Shown in pieces: positions 18,438 through 27,192 of a stretch of 64,000 nt of DNA. Source of the DNA: a virus; IMG/VR virus record IMGVR_UViG_3300017783_000001. One strand, written 5' to 3'. A model generated the notes under the pieces. That model saw only the letters and a program-made list of their open reading frames with translations. It did no database searches and was not told the origin of the DNA. A program made the position numbers and the translations under genes. Within the stretch, counting starts at the first letter, position 1. Each line of letters opens with the position of its first letter.

Positions 18438-18897
18438 AATTTGGATTCGCTATTGATGGACATTCAGAATTAATTTCACTCTTTTTAGTTGCTTTAATTT
18501 CCTTGTCTGTAAGAGGAGAACCCATAGCGATTTCAATACATCTAGTAGCATTTGCACTACCTTTGTTAACTATTCTCTCTATTACTTTTGTTTTCTCTAC
18601 AGCAAGTTTACCAATGTCTCGTTGTTTTTTATTAAACCTTTTGTCAAGGTCGGTTAAGTCTTTCTTTAGGGCACTCACCAGAACATTCATTTGTTTGTTC
18701 GCTTCTAGTATTTTACCAAAGTCTTCTTTTTGTTGTTTGATTACAGCCTTTTGGTCGTTAACTGCTTCTTCTAACTTGATTTGATTTGCTTTCAATATCT
18801 CATTGTCTGCTTTCAACTTATAAACATAAGCTGCACCACCGGCTAGTCCTGCAATCAATATACCTGCCATAATCATTTTTGCACCACCGAATATCAT
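18424..18897 (-). CDS. Inner-membrane spanin (Rz-like)
   Basis: N-terminal TM, coiled coil, two C-terminal Cys. Confidence 0.75.
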   Translation of the reverse strand: MIFGGAKMIMAGILIAGLAGGAAYVYKLKADNEILKANQIKLEEAVNDQKAVIKQQKEDFGKILEANKQMNVLVSALKKDLTDLDKRFNKKQRDIGKLAVEKTKVIERIVNKGSANATRCIEIAMGSPLTDKEIKATKKSEINSECPSIANPNYVQY

Positions 18898-18901
18898 ATT
18901 A

Positions 18902-19009
18902 TTATCTCCAGAATTTTAATTTACTTGTTAATTCTGCTAGGTCTTCAAACTTTTCGTTTACATACCAACCTAAAACAAAACCAACTATAAGTCCTATTGT
19001 TAAAAACAT
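18902..19009 (-). CDS. Small membrane protein (35 aa)
   Basis: Read manually: MFLTIGLIVGFVLGWYVNEKF... Confidence 0.6.
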   Translation of the reverse strand: MFLTIGLIVGFVLGWYVNEKFEDLAELTSKLKFWR

Positions 19010-19341
19010 TATTTTTTACCTCTTAATTTTACTTGTTCTACTTTCACTTTTGCTATTTCATCTTCTAGTTTATTAATTTTCTTTACTAACATAGGAAACT
19101 TTTGTATTAGTTTCTCTTCTTTAGAAAGAACATCTAAATCGTATCTCTTGGCTGCCCAACTATAACACTTATCTACTTTCTTGTAAAACCAGATACCCAT
19201 TTTAGTTTTCTTAAACCAGGCATTAGTAGATTGTCCTACTATGGCACCCATAGCAGATTTTATTAAAAAGAACCACATATTATTTTTTCGCCTGTGGTTT
19301 TGCACCTCGTGGAGCGCTTGAGTTGATTGCCCAACGACCAA
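19009..19341 (-). CDS. Hypothetical protein
   Basis: Probable start MWFFLIK. Confidence 0.65.
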   Translation of the reverse strand: MVVGQSTQALHEVQNHRRKNNMWFFLIKSAMGAIVGQSTNAWFKKTKMGIWFYKKVDKCYSWAAKRYDLDVLSKEEKLIQKFPMLVKKINKLEDEIAKVKVEQVKLRGKK

Positions 19342-19783
19342 ACATTCTCACACTATAGTAAGCAGATTTAATTTTCCACTTAGGAACTGAAGGTTCTGAA
19401 TTTTCCATACCTTGTCTGAATATCTTATCTGCTATACTTCTATATAGTTCTCTTTGTTTCTTTGTAGATATGATACCTTCTTTAAATGCACCGTTAATTT
19501 TTTCGTATAAAATGTCGTGTATTACAGCTGCTCTTGCAACATCAAATGGAGCAATAAATGCCCAACATATTCTTGGTACACTTGCAAGGTCTGTTATATA
19601 ATTTTTTGGTACCGTAATTGTTGCTGTATTTTTTCCATTATCAATAACATCTACGCTACATTCTTTCAACATTTCTACTTCTGTATTATCTAAATCATCT
19701 GATTTAAACCTTAGCGCTTTATTTAATACCCAGTTTCTTGGTGGTAAAAATATTGCGTCTAATAATCCGTTAAAACTACTCAT
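19280..19783 (-). CDS. DUF1353 family protein
   Basis: VPKNYITDLASVPR, AAVIHDILY, ADKIF, VRMFG. Confidence 0.85.
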   Translation of the reverse strand: MSSFNGLLDAIFLPPRNWVLNKALRFKSDDLDNTEVEMLKECSVDVIDNGKNTATITVPKNYITDLASVPRICWAFIAPFDVARAAVIHDILYEKINGAFKEGIISTKKQRELYRSIADKIFRQGMENSEPSVPKWKIKSAYYSVRMFGRWAINSSAPRGAKPQAKK

Positions 19784-20366
19784 TGTTATCCTCTCGTTTA
19801 ACTATTTTTAAGTTCTTTGTTTTCTTATCTTGTTTTATTCCGTGTCTAGGATCCTTGTTGGCTTGTAAACCAATCTTCCTGCTAGGTCGTGTTGCACTAA
19901 CTGGAGGAGTATCTCCTAAACTTGGTATTGGGTTAAGTGAACCATAAGAACCTTGACCGATACTACCAAAGGCACTATCAGTTAATTTTGCTTTTTCTAA
20001 AATTGATTTTTTTTGTTCACCTACGACAAACTCTGGTTCGTTTTTACCGTATGTTAATTCGTCTACAATAACATCTAGTCTATCTAATTGGTCTAATACA
20101 CTATTCAGTACAGCGTTATTGTTATCTTTGTTCTCTTTAATCTTTGTACCAAGTCTAGTTAGAACATCTTTCTTTTTTTTCTTATCTTGTACAGCGTCAG
20201 GTGGCATAGATACTCCACCGTGTGCAACTGCATTAGCAGGCGCTTCTTCTGGAACACAATTAGGTACAACTCGGTCACCTTTCTTTTTAGTGCCGACTTG
20301 TTTGTAACCTGTCCAACAAGCTTCCCATACATCTTTAAATTCTTTTAATTTTTTATCTTCGCTCAT
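19776..20366 (-). CDS. Probable internal head protein
   Basis: EFKDVWE-ACWTGYKQVG...VPNCVPEE-APANAV modules typical of T4-like core proteins. Confidence 0.6.
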   Translation of the reverse strand: MSEDKKLKEFKDVWEACWTGYKQVGTKKKGDRVVPNCVPEEAPANAVAHGGVSMPPDAVQDKKKKKDVLTRLGTKIKENKDNNNAVLNSVLDQLDRLDVIVDELTYGKNEPEFVVGEQKKSILEKAKLTDSAFGSIGQGSYGSLNPIPSLGDTPPVSATRPSRKIGLQANKDPRHGIKQDKKTKNLKIVKREDNNE

Positions 20367-20946
20367 CTAAATAGTCTCCAGGAACATATATTTCTTGCAT
20401 ATCTTTACCGTACTTCATCTTATATATATCTAAACCTAACACCGTGGAATCAGGTGTAAGTTCTTCTAAAGTAAAGACATCTGTACCTTTAGGTAAAAAT
20501 TCTTCGCCAGTAAATAGTTCTTCTTTTAATTGATAACTTCCAACTTTTAAAGTTGAATCTGTAAAGTACTCTTCATTAAGAGACATAGAATAAACTAATT
20601 CGTTCTTCTCTTTTAATATCTTAACAAGTGTACTCTCTATGTTCTTACCTTGGTCTAAAGCAAACTCTTTATCTTCTTTTAGTAATAAACCTAATGCAAC
20701 AGCAAATGAACCTATCTTACCACCTAATCCTACTCTACCTAGTATTCTTTTTAAGTTGAATACAAATCTATGTAGCATTGTGTAAGATGATTTTTCTGCA
20801 CCTGTTTTTAATAGTCTATATGGTTTAAGTACTTTACCATCTGCGTCTATAATACCTGTTTTAAACGCTGCTTGGTTCTTAAACGGAGTAACCAATAATT
20901 TAATTACTCTATAAGCTATTAATAAATCTACTGCTCTACTTGCCAT
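20353..20946 (-). CDS. Conserved T4-like late protein
   Basis: AVDLLIAYRVIKLLVTPF...GIIDADG...HRFVFNLKR. Confidence 0.7.
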   Translation of the reverse strand: MASRAVDLLIAYRVIKLLVTPFKNQAAFKTGIIDADGKVLKPYRLLKTGAEKSSYTMLHRFVFNLKRILGRVGLGGKIGSFAVALGLLLKEDKEFALDQGKNIESTLVKILKEKNELVYSMSLNEEYFTDSTLKVGSYQLKEELFTGEEFLPKGTDVFTLEELTPDSTVLGLDIYKMKYGKDMQEIYVPGDYLDERR

Positions 20947-21308
20947 TATAGTTTCTCTAACTCCTGTTTAACATATTCGTCTTCTGTCAGTTCATTTAGT
21001 TCCGACGGATACAAATAGTTTAGGTATTTAAAAACAGACTTTAGGATTGGCCAATACTTCGTATCATTTTTATATAACAATAAAGTTATACAGGCATCCG
21101 TACCGAAAACATTTTGTAGTACGATAATATGATTTGTTACCAACCTAATTTTTAATAGGCTCGTAGTTTCATATTTCCGAAACAATCTTTTGAGATATTT
21201 AAATCTCTTTATATCATCCCAAAATTCTTTTTCAGTTTCAAATGTCGGATTATCATAATGCTTTTGTGCATATAATAACCAATTCTTATCGGTTATCTGT
21301 TTGAACAT
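20946..21308 (-). CDS. Conserved T4-like hypothetical protein
   Basis: YAQKHYDNP, DIKRFKYLKRL, RLVTNHII..NVFG. Confidence 0.75.
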   Translation of the reverse strand: MFKQITDKNWLLYAQKHYDNPTFETEKEFWDDIKRFKYLKRLFRKYETTSLLKIRLVTNHIIVLQNVFGTDACITLLLYKNDTKYWPILKSVFKYLNYLYPSELNELTEDEYVKQELEKL

Positions 21309-21318
21309 TAACTTACGC

Positions 21319-21741
21319 CTATTTTAATTTAGCGTAAACCTTTGATGAACCGTTAGACAATGTTTCGTACTTAACTTCTAATTTTAAGTTATCAATACCA
21401 GGACCATTATCTACTACTACATCTTCAGGTTTCGTTTCAGTTGTTTTACCGTATGTACCACCGAATTGTTTTACTTCACCAGATACCGTTCCAGCGTCAC
21501 CTTCTAATTTCATAGGTGAAATGTCTAAACCAATTCTCATTAACTTTTCTCTTAATGAATCAACTGCTTGTTGTGGTTTGATATATTCCATATCTGCAAC
21601 CGAACCAACAAATGCGTTAACTCTTTTAAGTACATTAGGGTCTTTCAAATTTGCTGTACCGATATTACTATCTTCAGCAGCATTTGATGTAGCTGTTCCG
21701 ACCATCTTGTCTTCTTTTATGTGTTCTTTAAAAGTTTTCAT
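21319..21741 (-). CDS. Probable internal head protein with capsid-targeting-like N-terminus
   Basis: MKTFKEHIKE, close to the T4 CTS MKTYQEFIAE. Confidence 0.65.
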   Translation of the reverse strand: MKTFKEHIKEDKMVGTATSNAAEDSNIGTANLKDPNVLKRVNAFVGSVADMEYIKPQQAVDSLREKLMRIGLDISPMKLEGDAGTVSGEVKQFGGTYGKTTETKPEDVVVDNGPGIDNLKLEVKYETLSNGSSKVYAKLK

Positions 21742-21891
21742 TTATTCCTCTTTTTCTTTTTTATTATCTTTTTTAGTACCAGGTACTAAATCTTCTTCAA
21801 ATTCATTAAGGTCATTTTCAGTATTAACCTCGTTTGGGTTAACCGTTAAAATCTCTTGTAAAGTATTTGACTTTTCAGTTATTTTATCCAT
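21742..21891 (-). CDS. Small acidic peptide (49 aa)
   Basis: Read manually: MDKITEKSNTLQEIL...DLNEFEE. Confidence 0.55.
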   Translation of the reverse strand: MDKITEKSNTLQEILTVNPNEVNTENDLNEFEEDLVPGTKKDNKKEKEE

Positions 21892-22126
21892 TTGGTTGTT
21901 CCTCTACAGCGGGTGTTAACTCTTTTTCTGCTTCTCTTAATGTCAAATCGCTATCTGCTTTTCGCATTAACTTTTCTAGTACTTGTACTGCACCGTGCAA
22001 AGCATTTAAACGAGACTTTGTACTTGCTAGTTCATTCTCTAGTTTGTTAACACTTTCAGTTAGTGTTTCTCTTTCTTTAAATAGTTGATTATATTCTTTC
22101 TCAACTACGCCAAGTGATATAGCCAT
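21884..22126 (-). CDS. Small coiled-coil protein
   Basis: Heptads, LNALHGAVQVL. Confidence 0.7.
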   Translation of the reverse strand: MAISLGVVEKEYNQLFKERETLTESVNKLENELASTKSRLNALHGAVQVLEKLMRKADSDLTLREAEKELTPAVEEQPNG

Positions 22127-22153
22127 AATTATTTCTCCTCAAATTAATTAATA

Positions 22154-22603
22154 TTATGCGAGTGTAGCACCATTATGTGCAATTACATTCCATTTAGAAT
22201 TTTTAAATAAACAAGTTACCGTTTCACCTTCACCATCTAAAGAGATAGTTGAATATCCTCTTAAATTATCTGGTGTAATAGTGATGGCGTTACCACCAGT
22301 ACCTACTGCAATAATTGTTTTAATCATTCCGTTAGTACCATCTGCCATTGAAAGTGCTGTTGCACCGCCAGATTGGTCTACTTCTGTAATTGCTGATGTT
22401 GTGTTAATCGCTGTACTAGTAGAAGTTAATGCTTCACTAGTTGATGTCAATCCGATAAAAGTTGGGATGTTATTAAAAACATCTTTCGCTGTTACCTTTT
22501 TATTAATTGGTGTATTTGAAGGGTCATCAACAATATGGAATAAATCCTCTACTGCCAATGATGTGCCTAGGTTATCTAGGGCTGTAATTTTCTTGTCTGC
22601 CAT
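22154..22603 (-). CDS. Virion structural/fibre protein
   Basis: MADKKITAL start typical of T4-like fibre/decoration proteins; late promoter upstream. Confidence 0.7.
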   Translation of the reverse strand: MADKKITALDNLGTSLAVEDLFHIVDDPSNTPINKKVTAKDVFNNIPTFIGLTSTSEALTSTSTAINTTSAITEVDQSGGATALSMADGTNGMIKTIIAVGTGGNAITITPDNLRGYSTISLDGEGETVTCLFKNSKWNVIAHNGATLA

Positions 22604-22671
22604 TTTTGTTCTCCTATAATTCCACTAATTGTGGTAAACTACTGCGTACATCATATACGCACCATTAATAC

Positions 22672-22679
22672 TATTTATA
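22672..22679 (-). promoter_or_regulatory. T4-type late promoter
   Basis: TATAAATA. Confidence 0.75.
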
Positions 22680-22684
22680 CAAAT

Positions 22685-22711
22685 AAAAAAGGGGACCACA
22701 AAGGATCCCCT
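22685..22711 (-). terminator. Rho-independent terminator
   Basis: AGGGGAUC-CUUUGU-GGUCCCC followed by a U6 tract. Confidence 0.85.
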
Positions 22712-22743
22712 AATATTGTTAATTTTATTGTTCTTATTATCTA

Positions 22744-23322
22744 TTACGCAACAGCAGTAATTGTTCCTGCGCCAGAACCAGCAGCAGCTGATATAGCGAC
22801 AGCAGCAGCACTTGAAGCAACCGTATCAGTAATAGTTCCACCTGCTAAAGCGACATTCTGAGCCGCAATAGATAGTACATCATCTGCACTAATAGTTGAA
22901 CCACCTGCACCTACAACTAATGTAAATGTTACCGTGTTAGCAGTTGCAGCCGATTTCGTCAATGTTAATGACGCAGCTGAACCACCACCTGCTTGTGAGT
23001 TGGTTACTGCGATTGTAGGCGAACCTGCAACCGTTATTTGTTCGTTATAGTTTACCGTTACCGATAAAGTACCACCAGCAGATACATCAAATTCTGATAT
23101 ATCCCATTCAGTTGATGAAATTGTAGCGGCAGCTAATGCTGTTGCTAATCCACCAATTGCGACTAGTACTTCAGGAGTAGCGGAAGTATTTCCGTTTCCA
23201 GTTCTAGCAGACCCTGCTCTTACAACCCAACCTTTTTCATTAGCAAAAACTTCTGCTTTTTCAGTTGTAGTAAGATTTTTAGGTTTACTTTCATCACTGG
23301 AGCTTGATCCCCATAAACTCAT
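22744..23322 (-). CDS. Virion structural protein, Ig-like (head decoration-like)
   Basis: MSLWG...EVLVAIG N-domain plus an Ala/Thr-rich beta domain; monocistronic late unit. Confidence 0.7.
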   Translation of the reverse strand: MSLWGSSSSDESKPKNLTTTEKAEVFANEKGWVVRAGSARTGNGNTSATPEVLVAIGGLATALAAATISSTEWDISEFDVSAGGTLSVTVNYNEQITVAGSPTIAVTNSQAGGGSAASLTLTKSAATANTVTFTLVVGAGGSTISADDVLSIAAQNVALAGGTITDTVASSAAAVAISAAAGSGAGTITAVA

Positions 23323-23369
23323 AGTATCTCTCCTTATTAATTTAAGTTAACTTAATGATTAATCGTTTA

Positions 23370-23377
23370 TATTTATA
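23370..23377 (-). promoter_or_regulatory. T4-type late promoter
   Basis: TATAAATA. Confidence 0.75.
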
Positions 23378-23384
23378 AGATTGA

Positions 23385-23981
23385 CTATTTAAAACCAAGT
23401 TTCTTCAATTCAGAAATCGTTTTAGCAGTACTAGTATGATGAATACCTATACCACCTCTTGCTCTAAACTGATTGATGTTTTTAATATAGTCGTCAATTA
23501 GAATTGTTGGCATACCACCAACTTTAGCAAAATTCTGTTTTTCTCTTCGTTTTACTAAATTCACTTTACTACCGGACATACCTAATTTTGTTCTAGCCCA
23601 TTTTGATTTGCCAGGAATACAACTAGGATCCGAAGTCTGTTCTACATAAGCAGATAAGATATGTGGGTCATACTTTGATATGAAAGACCAAAGTCTTTGA
23701 CCACCTGGATTCCAAGGTAATGTAGACCAGAAATTTTTAGTCTGCATTATTGGTTGCCACTTATCTCTTATTGTTTTAAATTTCTTTCTAGGTTCTAATG
23801 CCCATTGTGATAGAGGCATTTTAACTGCCTTTTGTGCAGCTTGTTCAAAATTACATAGGACTCCGTCCATATCACAATAGATACGAGGCAACTTCTTATT
23901 GTCTTGTCTAAATGCTTCGTTTTTTAATGATAGTTTTTTGACTTGATGTACAACATCACTTCGGAGTTCTTTGAATTTCAT
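23385..23981 (-). CDS. HAD-family 5'(3')-deoxyribonucleotidase-like phosphatase
   Basis: DMDGVL motif I, ILIDD motif IV, GGIGIHH. Confidence 0.85.
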   Translation of the reverse strand: MKFKELRSDVVHQVKKLSLKNEAFRQDNKKLPRIYCDMDGVLCNFEQAAQKAVKMPLSQWALEPRKKFKTIRDKWQPIMQTKNFWSTLPWNPGGQRLWSFISKYDPHILSAYVEQTSDPSCIPGKSKWARTKLGMSGSKVNLVKRREKQNFAKVGGMPTILIDDYIKNINQFRARGGIGIHHTSTAKTISELKKLGFK

Positions 23982-24012
23982 AGTGTTTTATATCCTTTTT
24001 TCATTATGCTTT

Positions 24013-24055
24013 ATATTAACACATTTCTATAGCTTTGTCAAGCACAAAATGAGCA
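24013..24055 (-). promoter_or_regulatory. Sigma70 promoter with upstream TGCTC box
   Basis: TGCTC-N7-GCTTGACA-N17-TAATAT. Confidence 0.75.
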
Positions 24056-24066
24056 AAAAGATGTAA

Positions 24067-24387
24067 TTATGTTGTATAATCTATCTTAGGATTAACATCA
24101 ATCTTGTCTGATTTACTTGCGTTTAATGTAGTTTTCTTTTCAGGTTCTTTTGACTTGATGTTCATAGGGTCTTTAGGTTCTTGTGATTTAGGTAGAACCG
24201 TATCTCCGGACATATCTTTATTTGTGTTATCTTCTTTCTTTGCTCTTAATTTTGCAAGGTCAGAACCATCAATCTTACCGTTATTGTTCTTATCTAATTT
24301 TTGTTGTTTCGGAGATAACTTCTCTTGCATTACTGCAGCTGTTATCGCTTCTTCAACTGAACCAGGTTTACTTTTTAAATATGACAT
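24067..24387 (-). CDS. EF-hand-containing prohead-core-like protein
   Basis: DKNNNGKIDGSDL loop after the VMQE site. Confidence 0.7.
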   Translation of the reverse strand: MSYLKSKPGSVEEAITAAVMQEKLSPKQQKLDKNNNGKIDGSDLAKLRAKKEDNTNKDMSGDTVLPKSQEPKDPMNIKSKEPEKKTTLNASKSDKIDVNPKIDYTT

Positions 24388-24388
24388 A

Positions 24389-26353
24389 TTAGCTTCCTTT
24401 TACTTTAGCGGCAAGGTCTTTGTCTGCCCCACCCCAAGTTCCACTTGATTTAGTTATAAATGAATTTACTCTAGCAAACGCCCATTGGTGTTGACTAGCC
24501 CCAGGTCTATGTCCACCTTTCCAGGCAGCCATTCCTCTATCGTATACTTTCTTTAGAATACCATATGGCATTCCAGATTTTTCTGCTTTGTTTTTTAATC
24601 CTTCAATTGCTTCATACATTTCTTTTGCAGGATGATTTTTGTTTTCAATGTTAAGTTTCTTCTTAACCATATTAGTAGCAGTTCCGTATCTAACACTATC
24701 GCCTTTCTTACCGTAAGCGTCTTTAAATTTCTTCTTCGGTAATTCATCAGCCATTTTATGTACTTGTTTGATTTGACCTTTAGTCATATCAGTATCTTCT
24801 TTTTTCTCTTTATTCTTTGGTTCTTTATATCCATTTGCGAAAGCAGCTTTTCTTTGTGCGTCTGAAGCAAAGCCTTCGTTAGTTCTTTGTAATACTTTTT
24901 GAACATCTGGATGGTCAGATAAACCTTTTGCGATTTTTTCAATTGCCTTAATGGCACCTGTCATATCGCCACCTTTATATCTCTTATCGTTTGCAACGCC
25001 ATATGCCATTTTGATTTGTTGTGAAGTAAATGTAGCTTCTGAAATAACTTCTTCTTTTACATTTTTCTTTTGTTTATCTCTTAATATCTTTTGTGCTAAT
25101 CCAACTTGTAATGGAACTTCTCCTGTATCAGGATTTGGTTCTGGTTTGATTGCTTTATTCTTTTCGTTTTCTAATTTTGTTTTTAACATATGTATCTGGT
25201 CTTTAAGAGCGTCTACATCAACTTTAGGTTCATCTTTCTTCTCTTTCTTCAAGTCTTTAAACTTAATCTTACCAGATTCAACTTCACCATTTTCTGTTTC
25301 TTCTGTAAACTTAACTGGTGCTAATACCGTACCGTGTGTTTTTGGGTCTAGTACTACCATCATTTCTTGTCCTGGTGTAGTCTTCTTATAATCTTTATTA
25401 ATCTTTTTGAAATTTGCTTTACTGATTTCAACAGGACCTTTACCAGTATATTTGTAATCTCTACCAGCAAGTACTGCCTCTTCAATTTTACTTTCAGTCT
25501 TTAAGTGAGACCTAGTTGCTAATTGCATATCTAAAATTTTTCTCATATTACCTTTTAGTTCAATACCACCAGGTACATCTGATACTTTTAATCCGTGTTG
25601 TTTTGCAAGTGAAACCATATTTGATTTCTCTTTTTCATTTGTGAAACCTTTAATAGTTCCTGTACCTTCGTTTAATTCGTCTTCTTCTTTAGTTAGTATT
25701 CTAGTGTCTGGGAAGTTATCCATTACTTTTTTATGGATTGCTTCTACATCTTTTGCACTATCAATTCTAACTTCTGAACCAGATTTAGAAATTTCTCCAC
25801 CACCTGTTTTACCTTTAAACATATTTGCAATCTTACTTGCTTCACCACCGTTCTTTGCCATATACTCTACATAATCAGTATATTCTAAAATAACTTGGTC
25901 CCAAGATTTGTTTTCAAATGCTGAAAGTTTTACACCTTTAGGTACTTTGATACCTTTTTGTATCATACGACTAACTGCCATTGCTGAAATAAAAGGAATG
26001 TCTGCTTTGAAGAGTTTAGGAAGTTGTGCGTCTGCAATTTTGTCAAAGATGTTTCTTAACTGATTTGCTCTTGCGATAGATATTCTCTTACCTGCAAGAC
26101 TAGCATATTCTGCTTTTAACTTTTTGATTTGTTGGTCTGTAAATTCAACCAGTTGTTCTTCCTTGATGTCTTCTTCACCTAGAATAGTTTTAACGGTTGC
26201 AACAGGCAACTTCATTTGTTTTGCAATGTCTTCAGCTGATTTACCTTGGTCAAAAAGAGTAGCAATAGTCTTCATCTTGCCTTCGTCAATCTGAATATCG
26301 TTTGCCCACACCTCTTCTAGTGCTTCTCTCATTGTTTGTGTATATCTTGTCAT
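24389..26353 (-). CDS. Modular internal head protein / probable polyprotein (C-terminal DUF5824-like domain)
   Basis: Short basic modules separated by L/I/V-x-E; C-terminal RGMAAW...QWAFARVNSF. Confidence 0.65.
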   Translation of the reverse strand: MTRYTQTMREALEEVWANDIQIDEGKMKTIATLFDQGKSAEDIAKQMKLPVATVKTILGEEDIKEEQLVEFTDQQIKKLKAEYASLAGKRISIARANQLRNIFDKIADAQLPKLFKADIPFISAMAVSRMIQKGIKVPKGVKLSAFENKSWDQVILEYTDYVEYMAKNGGEASKIANMFKGKTGGGEISKSGSEVRIDSAKDVEAIHKKVMDNFPDTRILTKEEDELNEGTGTIKGFTNEKEKSNMVSLAKQHGLKVSDVPGGIELKGNMRKILDMQLATRSHLKTESKIEEAVLAGRDYKYTGKGPVEISKANFKKINKDYKKTTPGQEMMVVLDPKTHGTVLAPVKFTEETENGEVESGKIKFKDLKKEKKDEPKVDVDALKDQIHMLKTKLENEKNKAIKPEPNPDTGEVPLQVGLAQKILRDKQKKNVKEEVISEATFTSQQIKMAYGVANDKRYKGGDMTGAIKAIEKIAKGLSDHPDVQKVLQRTNEGFASDAQRKAAFANGYKEPKNKEKKEDTDMTKGQIKQVHKMADELPKKKFKDAYGKKGDSVRYGTATNMVKKKLNIENKNHPAKEMYEAIEGLKNKAEKSGMPYGILKKVYDRGMAAWKGGHRPGASQHQWAFARVNSFITKSSGTWGGADKDLAAKVKGS

Positions 26354-26367
26354 CTTATATTTCTCTC

Positions 26368-26649
26368 CTAAAATTCCTTTATTTCTATAATTAGTCTACC
26401 TTCACCTTTGTGTACTCTATGAAATGTTTCCTTTGGTATATCAAAAACATCTCCTACTTTCATAATGACTGGGAGTTTATTATCCATTTGTAATTTCCAA
26501 TTAACTCCTGCAATAATTCTTATCGTTCTATTTCGTCTATCTCGGTGCCAAACTAAATTCTCTTCTTTGGCGTCTTGTCCGAAACTCCGTTGAAAGAAAT
26601 CGTCCGTTTTTGTTTCGTCCGGTCTTTCATCATAAAATTCCATTGTCAA
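26368..26649 (-). CDS. Cupin-fold protein
   Basis: LVWHRD, W.LQ.DN.LP, IPKETFHRV. Confidence 0.75.
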   Translation of the reverse strand: MTMEFYDERPDETKTDDFFQRSFGQDAKEENLVWHRDRRNRTIRIIAGVNWKLQMDNKLPVIMKVGDVFDIPKETFHRVHKGEGRLIIEIKEF

Positions 26650-26652
26650 CTC

Positions 26653-27192
26653 CTACCAGTAAAAGTTACCCCCACCCGATAGTCCTAATGACTTCGCATA
26701 ACGAGGTAAGTTGCAAGCCCAATAGGCAGCACTTGTTTTATCTTTTTGTTGGTCGCACTTATGACGAGCAGCAAAAGATTTTCTGGCTTGTTTGTCGTTT
26801 AACTTAACTCTTAAACCAGTAGTGTCTCCCCAAGTAACCTTCTTAATCTTATCTCCGTCCTTTACAAAAACATAAAACTTTTTAGGTCCACCTTTTTTTG
26901 GTTTATTTAAAGGCGGATTCTTTTCGTCTTCTTCTTGTATCGGACAATCTAAAGGTACTTTCATACCTTCATATTCAGCAAATTCTCCAATGTCTGTTTC
27001 TAATAAAGTTCTATCCCATTCACTTTCGCATTGTAATAGACCTTCATTAAACATATGTCTTGCTTCTCTAAACAAGGCATAAAACTCTTCGCTATGTACT
27101 CTATATATGTTCTCAGCAAGAGGTATGCTATTCTCAATATGATAGTTTAACGAGACCGTTATCTTATCTGCATAATCACTAAATCTTAACAT
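26653..27192 (-). CDS. Two-domain late protein with C-terminal DUF6321-like domain
   Basis: KKFYVFV, ARKSFAARHKCD, AYWAC; PIQE junction. Confidence 0.65.
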   Translation of the reverse strand: MLRFSDYADKITVSLNYHIENSIPLAENIYRVHSEEFYALFREARHMFNEGLLQCESEWDRTLLETDIGEFAEYEGMKVPLDCPIQEEDEKNPPLNKPKKGGPKKFYVFVKDGDKIKKVTWGDTTGLRVKLNDKQARKSFAARHKCDQQKDKTSAAYWACNLPRYAKSLGLSGGGNFYW

